Shown one piece after another: positions 11,877-23,100 of a stretch of 64,000 nt of DNA. Made by a program: the position numbers and the translations under genes. The stretch is taken from NCBI GenBank assembly GCA_030141605.1, contig JAQGDQ010000023.1, positions 1 to 64,000 on the forward strand. The letters are read 5' to 3'. This DNA is from Tubiluchus corallicola. Its lineage: Eukaryota > Animalia > Priapulida. How positions within the stretch are numbered: the first letter of the stretch is position 1; the number at the start of each line of letters is the position of its first letter. The notes under the pieces were generated by a model. That model was given only the letters and a program-made list of their open reading frames with translations. It did not search any database and was not told where the DNA came from.

Positions 11877-14800
11877 ATGTCGAGATCCAGATCAAGATCT
11901 TTAACCCCTCCTCGTAGACGTATAAGGTCATTATCACCTCGGAGCCGAAGCAGGTCAATATCACGAGGTCGAGATGAGGAAGGGTACCGATTGCACATAG
12001 CCGATCTCGGAATTGATTGTTCTAAAAGAGAAATTCAAAAAGCATTTGAGAAATACGGAAAAGTGACAGGTAGTTCTAAACGTGAAATATATAGTTTACA
12101 TGTGTATTGACGTGAATTTTTACATTTTTGCATGACCAAAGCTTGTATGTAGTTTTGGTAGTTGTTTGGTAAGTGTTCGTGTGAAGTTTCTAATAGTGCA
12201 TTAACATCAGAGCAATAGTTGGGCTTCTCGGTTATCATTGTTCTTATTATATGCATAAATATATTTTTTATTTATGTTACTACTTTGCAGCACTGTATTC
12301 TGTTATTTAATCTAGTTTGATTTGGATTTTTAAAATATTGAAGTTTATATTTGTCTTGTATTTTGTGAATTTTGCTTAGATTTTCAAAATAGGAATGTTA
12401 CATTGATTGTGTATTGATTGTGTACAGATGTGTGGTTGGCTAGGAATCCGCCTTGCTTCGCTTTTGTTGTGTTTAGTTCTCGGGAAGAAGCAGAAGATGC
12501 CATCATTGGAATAGACAATTCGTGAGTATAACATTTAAAACTTCTGCACTAAGCAAATCTTTTTAATGCACCTATGATGCCGCACACTAACATTAGAAAG
12601 TAAGCATAAAAATAGCATTTCGAAAAAGTGACATCAAATTTTTCTATTTGTCATACCCGTACTTCAGAATTTTCATGGCCATACAATTGTCAGTAGAAGC
12701 CCAGCAGTTACTCAAGGTGAAGGGTTTAAAATTACAAGTAAAAAAGTGAAAATAACAACACGAAAAATAAACTCTGGAAAAAGAACGAAGTCTTGTAATA
12801 ACCTTGCGAGTGATTATTCTTGAAGCAACCTGGTGATAATTAACAGGGAACTTTTTCTAAAAAGTTTTACGTATGAGAAATCTGTGCATATGGTTTTTTA
12901 CAACTGATTTTTTGTTTCCACGTCGACATTTGCAGGCATTGATCTCGTTTCATTTTTAATGCCGATTTTCAAGACCGCTGTGTATCTTTAAATCTGGTTT
13001 CTGCAAGACTTGAAAATAATTGTTTGTAGTTTAATAATTAGTCATAAACAGGTCATTTGCACTGTGCACTGCAATAGTGGCACTATTACGTTGTCAAATT
13101 CCTAGCTTGAACAGTCACTGTTTCCTGGCATTTATTCATGTATGGCAATACATTCCAGCTACCGCATAATGCTCAGTGTTACTGTGCAAGAATACACTTT
13201 TTAGTCAAACTTGGCGAAAGACTACTACAACATTCTTTTATAGGACTTTATGTGGCAGTCGAGTTCGTGTTTCATTTGCTCGACCCAGAACTCGAGGAAC
13301 TGGACGGCGACGAGGCTTCGATCCTAATATGCGATGTTATCAGTGTGGAGGTCGGGGTCACTTCGCTCGCAATTGTGAAAGAGTGTGGGGATACAGACGA
13401 CAAAGGTAAGTGAAGGAATTTAGTTGTTACATGAGATGATACGTTCGACGGACACCACATACAAAACTGTTTGCAGCAACAATTCGGCTAGCCGATGCAG
13501 AGATCAGTTTCATTAAATTTTGATGCACGTTACTAGAAGTGTTTCAAAATGTTAACTCAACTCAAATGTTTCTCCTTTATCAAACTGATCAAAAACAGTT
13601 TAAAGTAAATTGTGGATCTTATGGTGATAATGCTGTACTTCAATATGAATTAATTTTAGTTAACTAGTTGAGCGAAAGACGGTTTATGATATTATGATGT
13701 TATGGTGTCAGTTGTGTGCACTATTGCATCAAAATCTTGTAAACCTTCTTTGTAGTTTATTATACGTAAATATTCTGTTCCGTCATCACACTTTTTTCCA
13801 AAAAGCCATAAATGCGTCCATCTTTGTTCTTATTTTGATAAGTAATGGGTAGCCTGATTTAATTCTTCTAAATGATTATTCCCCTGTACAGGATGTATGG
13901 TATATAGTGTTTGAGGTGGTAATGGAATAATGGTTAACCCTGTGTTGGTGCAGGGTTTGGTAACATCACCAGTTGTGGTTTTCTGGTGTGGCTATAGTAC
14001 AGGGATATGGTATGGTGGTATCAGCAAGGTCGCACACCATAGGTATGTCGAATCCCATTGTCATAAATTGGGACCAGCATTCTTTTACTTCTCACTGTGC
14101 GACAAGCCTGTCCAAATTGGACATTCGTAGTCACTATTGCACATCGTAGGTAGAAATTGTGTGGAAAAGCTGTGTGAGTATGACTGTGATTTTTCGTATG
14201 ATTTTCTAAATAAAAAGGCACTACTTGTTGTGTCACATTGTGCTAGCTTCGTTTACATTGCAGACTACAGTGCAGCTGTGCACAGTATATTGAATTTTGA
14301 ATTTGTATTTTTTATTTATTTGTCTCACACAAAAATAATATACAGCAAAGTGTTAGTGACAAAGTAGTAGTTAACGAGAGAGACGGGGTGGAGAAAGACA
14401 TTACGATCACCGAACATCCGCACCTTACTCATAATGTTATATGATAAAAGTGTAAGTTAATGACGTTAGTATTTACGTAACTTATTTTTTTAATTAGAAT
14501 TCTTATAAATTGACGACAACGGTATTAATGTAAAATAACAAAACTACAATGGTACATAATAAGTAAGATGAATGATGCAATAATAATAAAGACAAAAAGT
14601 ATTTTAAATTACAATAACAATATCAATATAGACAGTCAAAAACACATATAAAAAACAGCATATATAAGACATTGTCATAATTAACACATATGTACAGATA
14701 CATATGTACACATACGTTCATATACTCCCATGGAATGCATATATATGTATATACACGTGCGTGTGCTCACACACACACCTTTTTAATACACTTGCATATA

Positions 14801-17294
14801 TATATGTATGTTGAATAAATACACAGATATACATCTGTACAAAGTTAAATTTAAAGCTAACAGAGTTAATGGTATGCACTGAGAGTAGGAACAACATATT
14901 TAGATCACAAATGCAAACTTCATGCAGTATAAATTAAACTAGTCAGACTACACAAACCAAAAAACTATACAAATTAAATTGGCATGATTAGCTAAGTTAC
15001 TATGAGCAATAGGTTCGACATCCGTCCTGAACAAATTTTGACTTTATGCAGGAAATTGTAATGTCATCAAGGCATATTATGTTATAAAAATTAGCAATGA
15101 GACAAAATTGAAATACGGAAACATAACAGAATTTAGCATGTGATAAACATATAGAAAATATTTAAATCGTGAGCTTGGTATTCATGCAACCGAAAATATC
15201 AAAATCTGTAACATTCCACTAGGAAAATCAACAAAGTATTTTGGCATAGGTGTATTATTGTTAATTTTAGGAGCATTAGGACTGGCATGCAACTTAACTG
15301 TAATTATTTTGGTTGGTAAACCATTAATTTACCAGCTAAACAGTTTCAGATTCATTCCTTGAAATTTTGTCGTGGTACACTTATATTGTATAGTCTGAAA
15401 GATAACATAAAAATGGTAATAAAAATTGGGTATCATTAATGATCAATTTCATCTTTTTTTATTATGTGCAACATAAGTAATATGCCGATGCTACTGCGAT
15501 CATTGAAACGAGTATTAATCTGGAGTATTACTTTGTGACATTAATCTTTGGTTTGTATTATTGTACCGTGGATTGTACATGGTTAATTCATGATACAATT
15601 AATACTATGCAGCCTACTTAAAGCTATATTTAAGTTTTCAGTATTTCTTGGTTTCACCTTTGCTGTGTCAGCTAAAAATAATCCTAACAACTAGCTAAGT
15701 AGTAAAAACTAACCATATTTTGTATTTTGGTTGTTTGTTGAAATTCGGTGAAGCCCATAATTACGTTTTTATTGTTTTGGGGAGGGAATGAAAGATACAT
15801 TACAAATGTAAAATTTCTGAAGATAAGTTGCTAACAGAGTTGCTTTTAGTTGCTTGTTTGCTTTGACTAATAATATTCTTTGGAAAACAGTATGTGTATG
15901 TACAGGAATTGCATTAGCGAAATTTAGGTGTATAATTGCTAACAATTGGAGATGTTAGTAATGTTTTTTTACTTGTAGTCGTTCTCGAAGCCGCAGTCCA
16001 GGCAAGTACAGAGAAAGAGATAGAGAAAGGGATATCAGGAGGCGCAGAAGTAGGAGTTTCAGTAGGTATATATTTTAAAATGTTGGCTACTTTGTGATGT
16101 GGTCCTCATTTAGCAAGTTTTTTTCAAAATAAAATAAAGCAGGTTTGCTTTTAAATACAAGCAGAAATGCTTCATAAATTATTTTTACCTGTGACGTCTC
16201 AGACATTTGCTTAGTTAACAAATTTTTAGTAAAAGTATTTTTTGATTGAAAGTTTCGTTCAATTTCCTAATTAATAGGGCTTTTCTAAAGCTTAAAGTAT
16301 TTTTTTCGATATTGCTGAAGTTTCAAGTTCTATTAAGCAAAGACATTGACTCGTGATTTTAATTTCAATTTATTACTTCGTTCATTTAATGTATCATGAA
16401 TTACATTAGCTGTTTGTGATTGTCACTTTATAATAAAGTGCCAAATCTGTGAAGTACTTTGGAAAACGTTTTTTACTAACTAAAGCAACATGCACTTGCA
16501 ACAATACAAAAATAAGATTCTTCTCTTCTGAAACTTGCTATGGTCATAATCGTAAAGAAGACAAAGTGCAAACTAAGCCTCAAAAATTTTTATTTTTTGC
16601 CAAGAGATTTCGTCCTTCATGGACTAGTCGGCTGTAAGCTAAAGATACAATAATAAACTTACGAATATTACATCTAAAACTATATGTATATTGTATTAAA
16701 GTATACAGTGAAATTAAAATAAGGAATACAAAATTCATTAAGAAGCTGTATTAAAAAACTAAATTAGAAGAAATTTAATTTAATAAGTTCTTCTAATTTA
16801 GTTTTTTAATACAGCTTCTTAATGAATTTTGTATCCCTTATTTTAATGTCACTGTATACTTTAATACAATATAGACTTTACATGTAGTTTTGCCTTTAAT
16901 TTTTATCATTTTTGTTATTGTACTTCTGCCTTACAGCTGACGAAGTCCGTGATGGCTGAAAGCTCCTGGTGAAAAATAAAAGTTTTTGAGACTTAATGTG
17001 CACTTTGTCTTCCTTACGATTGCAATGGTACACTTGATCAGGAGTCTAATTTAGAAGATAATCTTTTTAATTGTAATGAGTCTGATCTTTAAAAAGCAGT
17101 CCATCGTGTAATATATTCCTATTGCTAATTTTGGTTAATTTTCTGAAACTTGTACATCTAATTTTATTGACTCAGTCAATTCAATGCAGTTACTAATCAA
17201 GAACCAGTATTTTCCAGGTGTTCAGCAGTTTGCTACTAGACTATTTTCTTTAGAGTCAAATTCAAGTTGTCTTAAATTTCTTTCTTTAAGATAA
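11877..17294 (+). CDS. SR splicing factor, SRSF3/SRSF7 (9G8/RBP1)-like: N-terminal RS tract, RRM, CCHC Zn knuckle, C-terminal RS tract (~179 aa)
   Basis: Coding exons 11877-12069, 12428-12521, 13244-13405, 15979-16065, 17291-17294 join in frame through GT-AG introns. Translation includes RLHIADLG...[15 protein letters not shown]...[13 protein letters not shown] (RRM), [14 protein letters not shown] (CX2CX4HX4C) and RSRSRSP. The last 4-nt coding exon (tttctttaag|ATAA) is the least certain part. Confidence 0.9.
13892..14042 (+). other. Candidate poison (PTC-containing) cassette exon of the SR gene
   Basis: Acceptor ttcccctgtacag|G and donor CATAG|gtatgt. Spliced after exon 3 it reads AG|G ATG TAT GGT ATA TAG, with the stop at 13905-13907. 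Confidence 0.5.
16601..16634 (-). ncRNA. Degenerate hammerhead motif on the left arm of the palindrome
   Basis: Minus strand reads CAG-CCGACUA-GUCC-augaa-GGAC-GAAA-UC-UC-UUG: perfect stem II but two substitutions in the CUGANGA core. Confidence 0.5.
16934..16968 (+). ncRNA. Minimal type I hammerhead ribozyme motif
   Basis: CAG-CUGACGA-AGUC-cgugau-GGCU-GAAA-GC-UC-CUG: intact CUGANGA and GAAA boxes, 4-bp stem II, palindromic AGCU in place of stem III, 3-bp stem I (CAG/CUG). Predicted cleavage after 16965. Confidence 0.6.
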
Positions 17295-17825
17295 AGAGAT
17301 GTATAGACCAGGGTCAGCAGGAATATAGACGCAATATAGTCACTTGAAGCAAACGTTAGATTATTGTCAATATCGGGGTTGCTGATTGTTCAACATGCCC
17401 GGAAAAATTGCAGTCCTTTACTGCTTGAAAAAATCCTTTAGATGTTTTTCTGATGTTTTAAAAACTATTTTATGCTGAAAAAATACATTGCAATTAATAC
17501 TGTTTTTCCATACTTTTGGTGTTTTCTTCAAACACTGGCATCTTACGTCAGTGGCACAGTAAGTCCCTGGGTATTATCTTAGCATAGAATGATAGAATTT
17601 AGCCTTGTTTTTTGATAATGGTAATTGTTGTCGTATTGCATGGTGCACAAGTTTTATGTTGATATTTTTAAAACTGTCATTAGTGACTGGACAGTGAAGT
17701 CCAGTTTGGTTCATTTTTGAAATTATTGTTCCTATCATTCATGAAATGTTTAAGATTGAAATATTACATGTAACAAGAATGTAACAACAAATATTACATG
17801 TAACCAAAATGATTGATTTAAATTT

Positions 17826-18027
17826 TGTTTCTGTGTGTTTGTGCTCGTGTTTCCGTGTGTGCACTCGTGTTTCCGTTTGTTTACTCTAGTGTTTCTTTGT
17901 ACTTATTCTAGTGTTTCTATGTGTTTACTCTAGTGTTTCCATTTGTCTACTCTAGTGTTTCTGTGTGTTTACTCTGGTGTTTCTGTGTGTTTACTCTAGT
18001 GTTTCTGTATGTTTACTCTGATGTTTC
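17826..18027. repeat. 21-bp minisatellite (tgtttactctagtgtttctgt-like), about 9 copies, in the probable SR 3' UTR
   Basis: Periodic actctagtgtttc units. Confidence 0.85.
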
Positions 18028-18861
18028 AAAAGCATTATTGTTAAATTCAACTTTTTACTCAGAAGAATAGTTAACCCATTTAAGGTTCACTGGAACATTA
18101 AAATTTCATTATTAATGGGATGAAATATAATGTCTATGGTGAATTGTGAATTAATTTGCTACAAAAATGTGAAACATTCATTGAACTGATTAAACACACA
18201 AATACAGTAGTTAGAGAAGATAATGATCTCTTATCTGCACTATTTTAGTGAATACTTTTCTGTGACTTATGTTAGTGTCACGCCTGATATAAACAGTTCT
18301 AGTTTCAAACACAAAGATCTACCAAAATTCATAATCATTGTGCCCACTAAGTAATACAATGTTTGATTACTCTGTGAAACAGTGATCACAAAACTAGCCT
18401 TGGTGTATACTTTTTTATGTCGTGTTTTTAAAGTAGTTTGTCAGGTTAGAGTGACACCTATTTATATTATGCTTATAAGTATTATATATATGTTTTGCTA
18501 ACATAAACATGATTTATCAATTTGGTTTCATCGTTACTTTTGAATCTTATCTGCAGTTTATGAGAGAGTGTTTAGTAAAAATAAATTGAATGTATGTAAC
18601 AGTAAAAATCTTTTGTGTAATATTATGACTGTGTTCCATAGTGCATTTATTTCGCTGTATTCATTCCATGTTAAATTTGTGAACTTTGTTGTTAAAAATG
18701 CATAGATAATGAGTTTTCTGTAGTTGTTTTCTGAATAAATAATTATTTGGTTTATGAAAAGTTGTATTGCCTATGTTTTCTACATTGAAGAGGAAAATAG
18801 TTAAGTAATTGTGTATGTGTTTACTGCTTAGCGGCTAAACTTAAACATCATTGGTTGACAT

Positions 18862-19257
18862 TGGGGTGAGCTTTCTCTACCACAAAGCGAATTCGAATCG
18901 AATTTGTGACTTTCGAATTCCAATCGAACAAAATTTCAGTATTTTGAATTCGAATTGAATTGGAATGATTTTTGAACTGCCAGTAGAAAGTGATCTTACA
19001 AAGATCATTCATATTTCTCGATTGTGCTCTGCAGTAAAACCACCAATAATTTGTTTAAAAAGTGTGCACAAGAATCATAGCTAAACTGCTAATTGCATTG
19101 CGTTTCAAATGTTTTAATGATAAAGAATGTACGTGGTTGAAGTGCAGAATTATTCGAATCTATAATTTAGGTTCTAACCGAATTCAAACTAAAAAATGCT
19201 TGTTCGAATCGAATTCAAAAGTTCGAGTTCGATTCGAATTTTCGATGCTCACCCTTA
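18862..19257. mobile_element. hAT-like MITE with TTCGAA/GAATC subterminal repeats
   Basis: Termini tggggtgagc / gctcaccctta; 8-bp TSD gttgacat / gttgtcat. Confidence 0.7.
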
Positions 19258-20029
19258 GTTGTCATAAATGGCTGCCAGAAGAATTACTCTCTTTGCCAAA
19301 CAACTAACCTGCCTCCATTTATACATACATAGTTTATTGAGCATATATTTAGGTCATAGTACATACAACATAAAGAATGCTGATCTTATACATAGGACTG
19401 AACAGCTCAAACATAGTAGAAACAGTTATAAAAAAACACTGAAAAAACAGAGATAGTAAGAATACATTTTGAAGTTTGTGAGTTCTGGTGCAACTTATGT
19501 TATGATAAGATAAGTTACCTAAGCTGACACAAGATAGTGTCGCTCATTTAATTGTCAAATCTACAGTATAATTAATTACAGAACAGAACATCTAAGTCGA
19601 AATGTGGAGCCCTCCAATATCACTTCCTGGTTTGCTAGGTCAACTTGGAGATATTTTATGAATAGCTTGGTAACAATTTTGCCACAACAGTCATAAATGT
19701 AGGCCCTGTTGTTGAATGGTGTATTGCTTGCTGTACGTAAGAGAACTATGTGTGGGGCACATTTAAGTACGCACTGTTGTTGAGGGTTGTACTCCTGCTT
19801 TTGAAATGTATAAACAAAGAAAGGAATATTAGCAGAGCTCTCTTTTAAACCTACAGTTGTTAGAGAGTACCAAGAGGTTCTCAAGATATCATATATAATT
19901 ACATATCACTTTTATAATGTTTTAGTGATTTTTTGCTGCTTTACCATTGAAACTTGTTGAACTGGTCGTGAAAAAGACTTGTATTTTGAGTTCTGACAAT
20001 AGATAAAAATATCACTACCTAAGCTCTGC

Positions 20030-20112
20030 TGTTCTGACCGTTGAAGCGCGAGCGAAGCGTCGTGTACTAACCTGTGGATTACAGACTAGAAAGAAAAGAG
20101 AAAATGGCAGCG
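20030..20112 (+). promoter_or_regulatory. Probable COMMD9 promoter / 5' end
   Basis: Local CpG cluster gaagcgcgagcgaagcgtcgtg in AT-rich DNA; YY1-like AAAATGGC overlapping the start codon. Confidence 0.4.
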
Positions 20113-23100
20113 TTCATAAATTTTGACGCCTTTCTAGTCCTATTGAAGGTAATATCAATTTACTTTTTGTAGGTATGTCCTGGGCGTTTGCGTTCTGCGA
20201 GGTATTAGCTATTTAATCTCCAAATCCATAGACTGATTTGTAGCGTACGGAATGCGCACCAATAGTGCACGTCAAGTTTTGCTGAAACTATGAATGGTTT
20301 ATGTGTACAGTAACAGCACAGCACAGTGAGTGGCATAAACCGAATGAACTAGGTGCAGGTAGAACATGAAGAAGAGACTGTCTGTGAAATCACAGAGTGG
20401 AAATTAAATATAACTAAATTAAGGCAAATTATCAAAGTGAGTTTAAAGGGGATGAAATATGTGAAAAAGAAAACAGTGAAAACAATAGAAAATTATTAAT
20501 TTTATATTATCTTTTTCTTGTGAAAAAATAAATGGAAGAGCGTGTGCAAGAGAGATCGTAATTGATGATTTTCATGACGAAAATACGGAGAAATTAAAGG
20601 AAGTAAATGCCAGAATTAACCAAGTCGTCCCTGAAAGTAAGAAAGTTGCTTGGAGTAGACTGAGTTATAGAAATTCATAAAAAGTAGCCATGACGATGAT
20701 CACGGGCAGAACCTAGCTTATCACTGATAAATAGAACTTTCTGCTACTATAACTCCGGAGTAGTCAATGTAAATTGATTGGAGGTTTTTGAACAAAATAA
20801 TAATGTTTGTATTTTATCTTGTAGCAAGAATTAATTATTGTAATTGAATTTGTATATGAATTAGTGTTATGTAAATTGAGCTTCTGGAAAAAAGGAATGG
20901 AATTGAAGGGGTAAGCACTACTTGTAATAATACTGTTAAGTAAGTAAGTAATTTTTTATTTTTCTCCATAAATTTTCATTAATTTAAAAATACAGTTGAA
21001 CTGAGGAGAAAGGGTGGTGAAAAACCAAACGTTAGCGAGTCAATCACCCTTCTCAGAAAGACAAGTAACAAAAAGACGCTAATGACAGAACACCATAACT
21101 ATGAAAAATATATAAACGTCCATAAATACAAAAAATAAAAATACAACAACAACAAAAACCAAAAACTAGTCTTTCCTAAGGAAAATATAGTCAAACCTTA
21201 AAGGTAATTATATATGGTCCAAAGCACAAAATCAGATCAAAGAATATTTTATTGTTCAAAAAAACAACATTTGCAAGATAAAATTAAACTTGAATCATGG
21301 CTATCAGATATGCATAGCTAAACATTGTGATATGAAATTTAAATCAGTAACTTTTAGAGAAGTAGTAGTTGTCAACTGTTTGTTTTATGGGAGTTATAAC
21401 ATATGTTTATAAAGAGACTATGAATGTACATGTGAATAGCAAAAAGAAAGAAAAGGGTAAAAAAAGCAAAATAAATTGTCCTGACAATTGCAATGCATTA
21501 ATCAAAAATTTTTGAATTTGAAGAATGACAAATTTATAATCCAGATTTAATTATCATGACAGCAGAAAACAAATAACTGTCCGATTTAACAAATAAGCAA
21601 TATTTTAAGTTTTTAAGCAATACCAAGAAAAGGCCGAAAAATATATAAATGCACAATAAATAATCAAGTGTCTGTATTAGCAATCAAGCTGATAAGCTTT
21701 AGAATAAAGCAAAACTATTTGCAAAGCATATCAAAATTGGACAGTGAGTGTAATTTCGGCAATGCAAATTGGACATCATGCAGGCGGAGCAGGCCAGAGC
21801 AGAATTCATGAATTGTATCATAATTTCTTATTAACAAAAACTGATTATCGATGCACATGCAATGCATATGTATATGTTTATTGTAAAATAAATCTGTTGA
21901 ATTGAATTGAATTGAGCATAGCTGAACATGCAAGCAATAAATTAAGTACAGTTGGTAAGGCATGCATATTGCATAGCTAAGTGACTGCTAAGCAACTCAT
22001 TGAAAATACCTCATAATTGTTTCTGTGCCAATTCATTTTGTCCATTTTGCTGACGGTGTTGTCTGTAATATAAGAATCATGTTCATTATTGGACATCTAG
22101 CATTATAGAAATTGAGCTTGCACCTTCAAAAAAATTTTTTTAGCAAAAATTACCATAATAACGTACATCTAATAGACAAAAAATTGATTTATACGTAGGA
22201 TTCAAGAAGTGCCTTAGTGTGCTTTTTATTTAATGAATGCAGAGGTAAAGAAGTTACATGAGCAGGTAGGGAGTTCCATAATACTGATCCCTGATATTTT
22301 AACGACTTTGACCCTTACATGTTTTAAATCGTTCGATGAAGAAAGAACTACTAGTAGAAAACTTAGTGTTGTAACTGTGAATGTCAAATGTTGGCGTATA
22401 GTAATTTAGAAACAATTCTGGTAGTAATTTATTCTTAAATTTGTATACAAATTTTGCAAGCTCGAGTTTGTAGATACCTTTTAGTTTTAAGAGGCCCAGT
22501 TTAATGTAGGATGGTGTTGCATGTTCCCATCTACCAGAAAAAGCTTTACATTTGTGTTTGTGTTTGTACTGCTCAGCCACAAGGGCGACACTAACTGTGC
22601 CAACTACTGTGCGGTAGGAGTTCTGCTACTTGGTGTGATTTGTGTACTTTGGTACTATCACTGTCGTGGTCTTGGCCCACAGTCTCTAGGTCTTGTTTGT
22701 GAGGTATGCCGTAATTAAAAGATGTTTTCTTACATCGTGTTTGAGGTGTAAGTTTATTCCATTGCATGTTCTTTTGTTTTTTCAGTCTGTTGTTATACTT
22801 TATTTGTAGGCATCTTCCAAAGAAATTGTCTTAAGACTGTGTGATGCTGCCTTCTTACATAGGAATGAAGTCTGTTTACCTTCGACACTCATTAACAATG
22901 TAGCGGAGACACTCGGTGTGGATAGTAATGATTCCAAACAGGCAAGTATTATGTACGATAACTATGGAAAATGTTATTGAGTGATACTAAAAGAAGATAC
23001 TAATTTCACTTTCATGCAGATGTTGTACACGCCTAAATTACAAATTCAGGATTAATTCTTGTTTTTGCAGCTTATGGTTTCGCTGATAAATTTGATAAAG

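Larger units (their letters stand above)
16548..17021. mobile_element. ~470 bp inverted duplication (palindrome), probably a Penelope-like retroelement pLTR relic
   Basis: Arms 16548-16772 and 16788-17021 are reverse complements around a 15-nt loop. The inner ~85 bp has about 2 mismatches and the outer part is more diverged. Each arm has a hammerhead-like motif followed by AATAAA, pointing outward. Confidence 0.75.

Noticed and set aside
17294-20104. SR-COMMD9 operon or read-through
   Set aside because: Poly(A) signals follow the SR gene and COMMD9 has its own CpG-rich 5' region.
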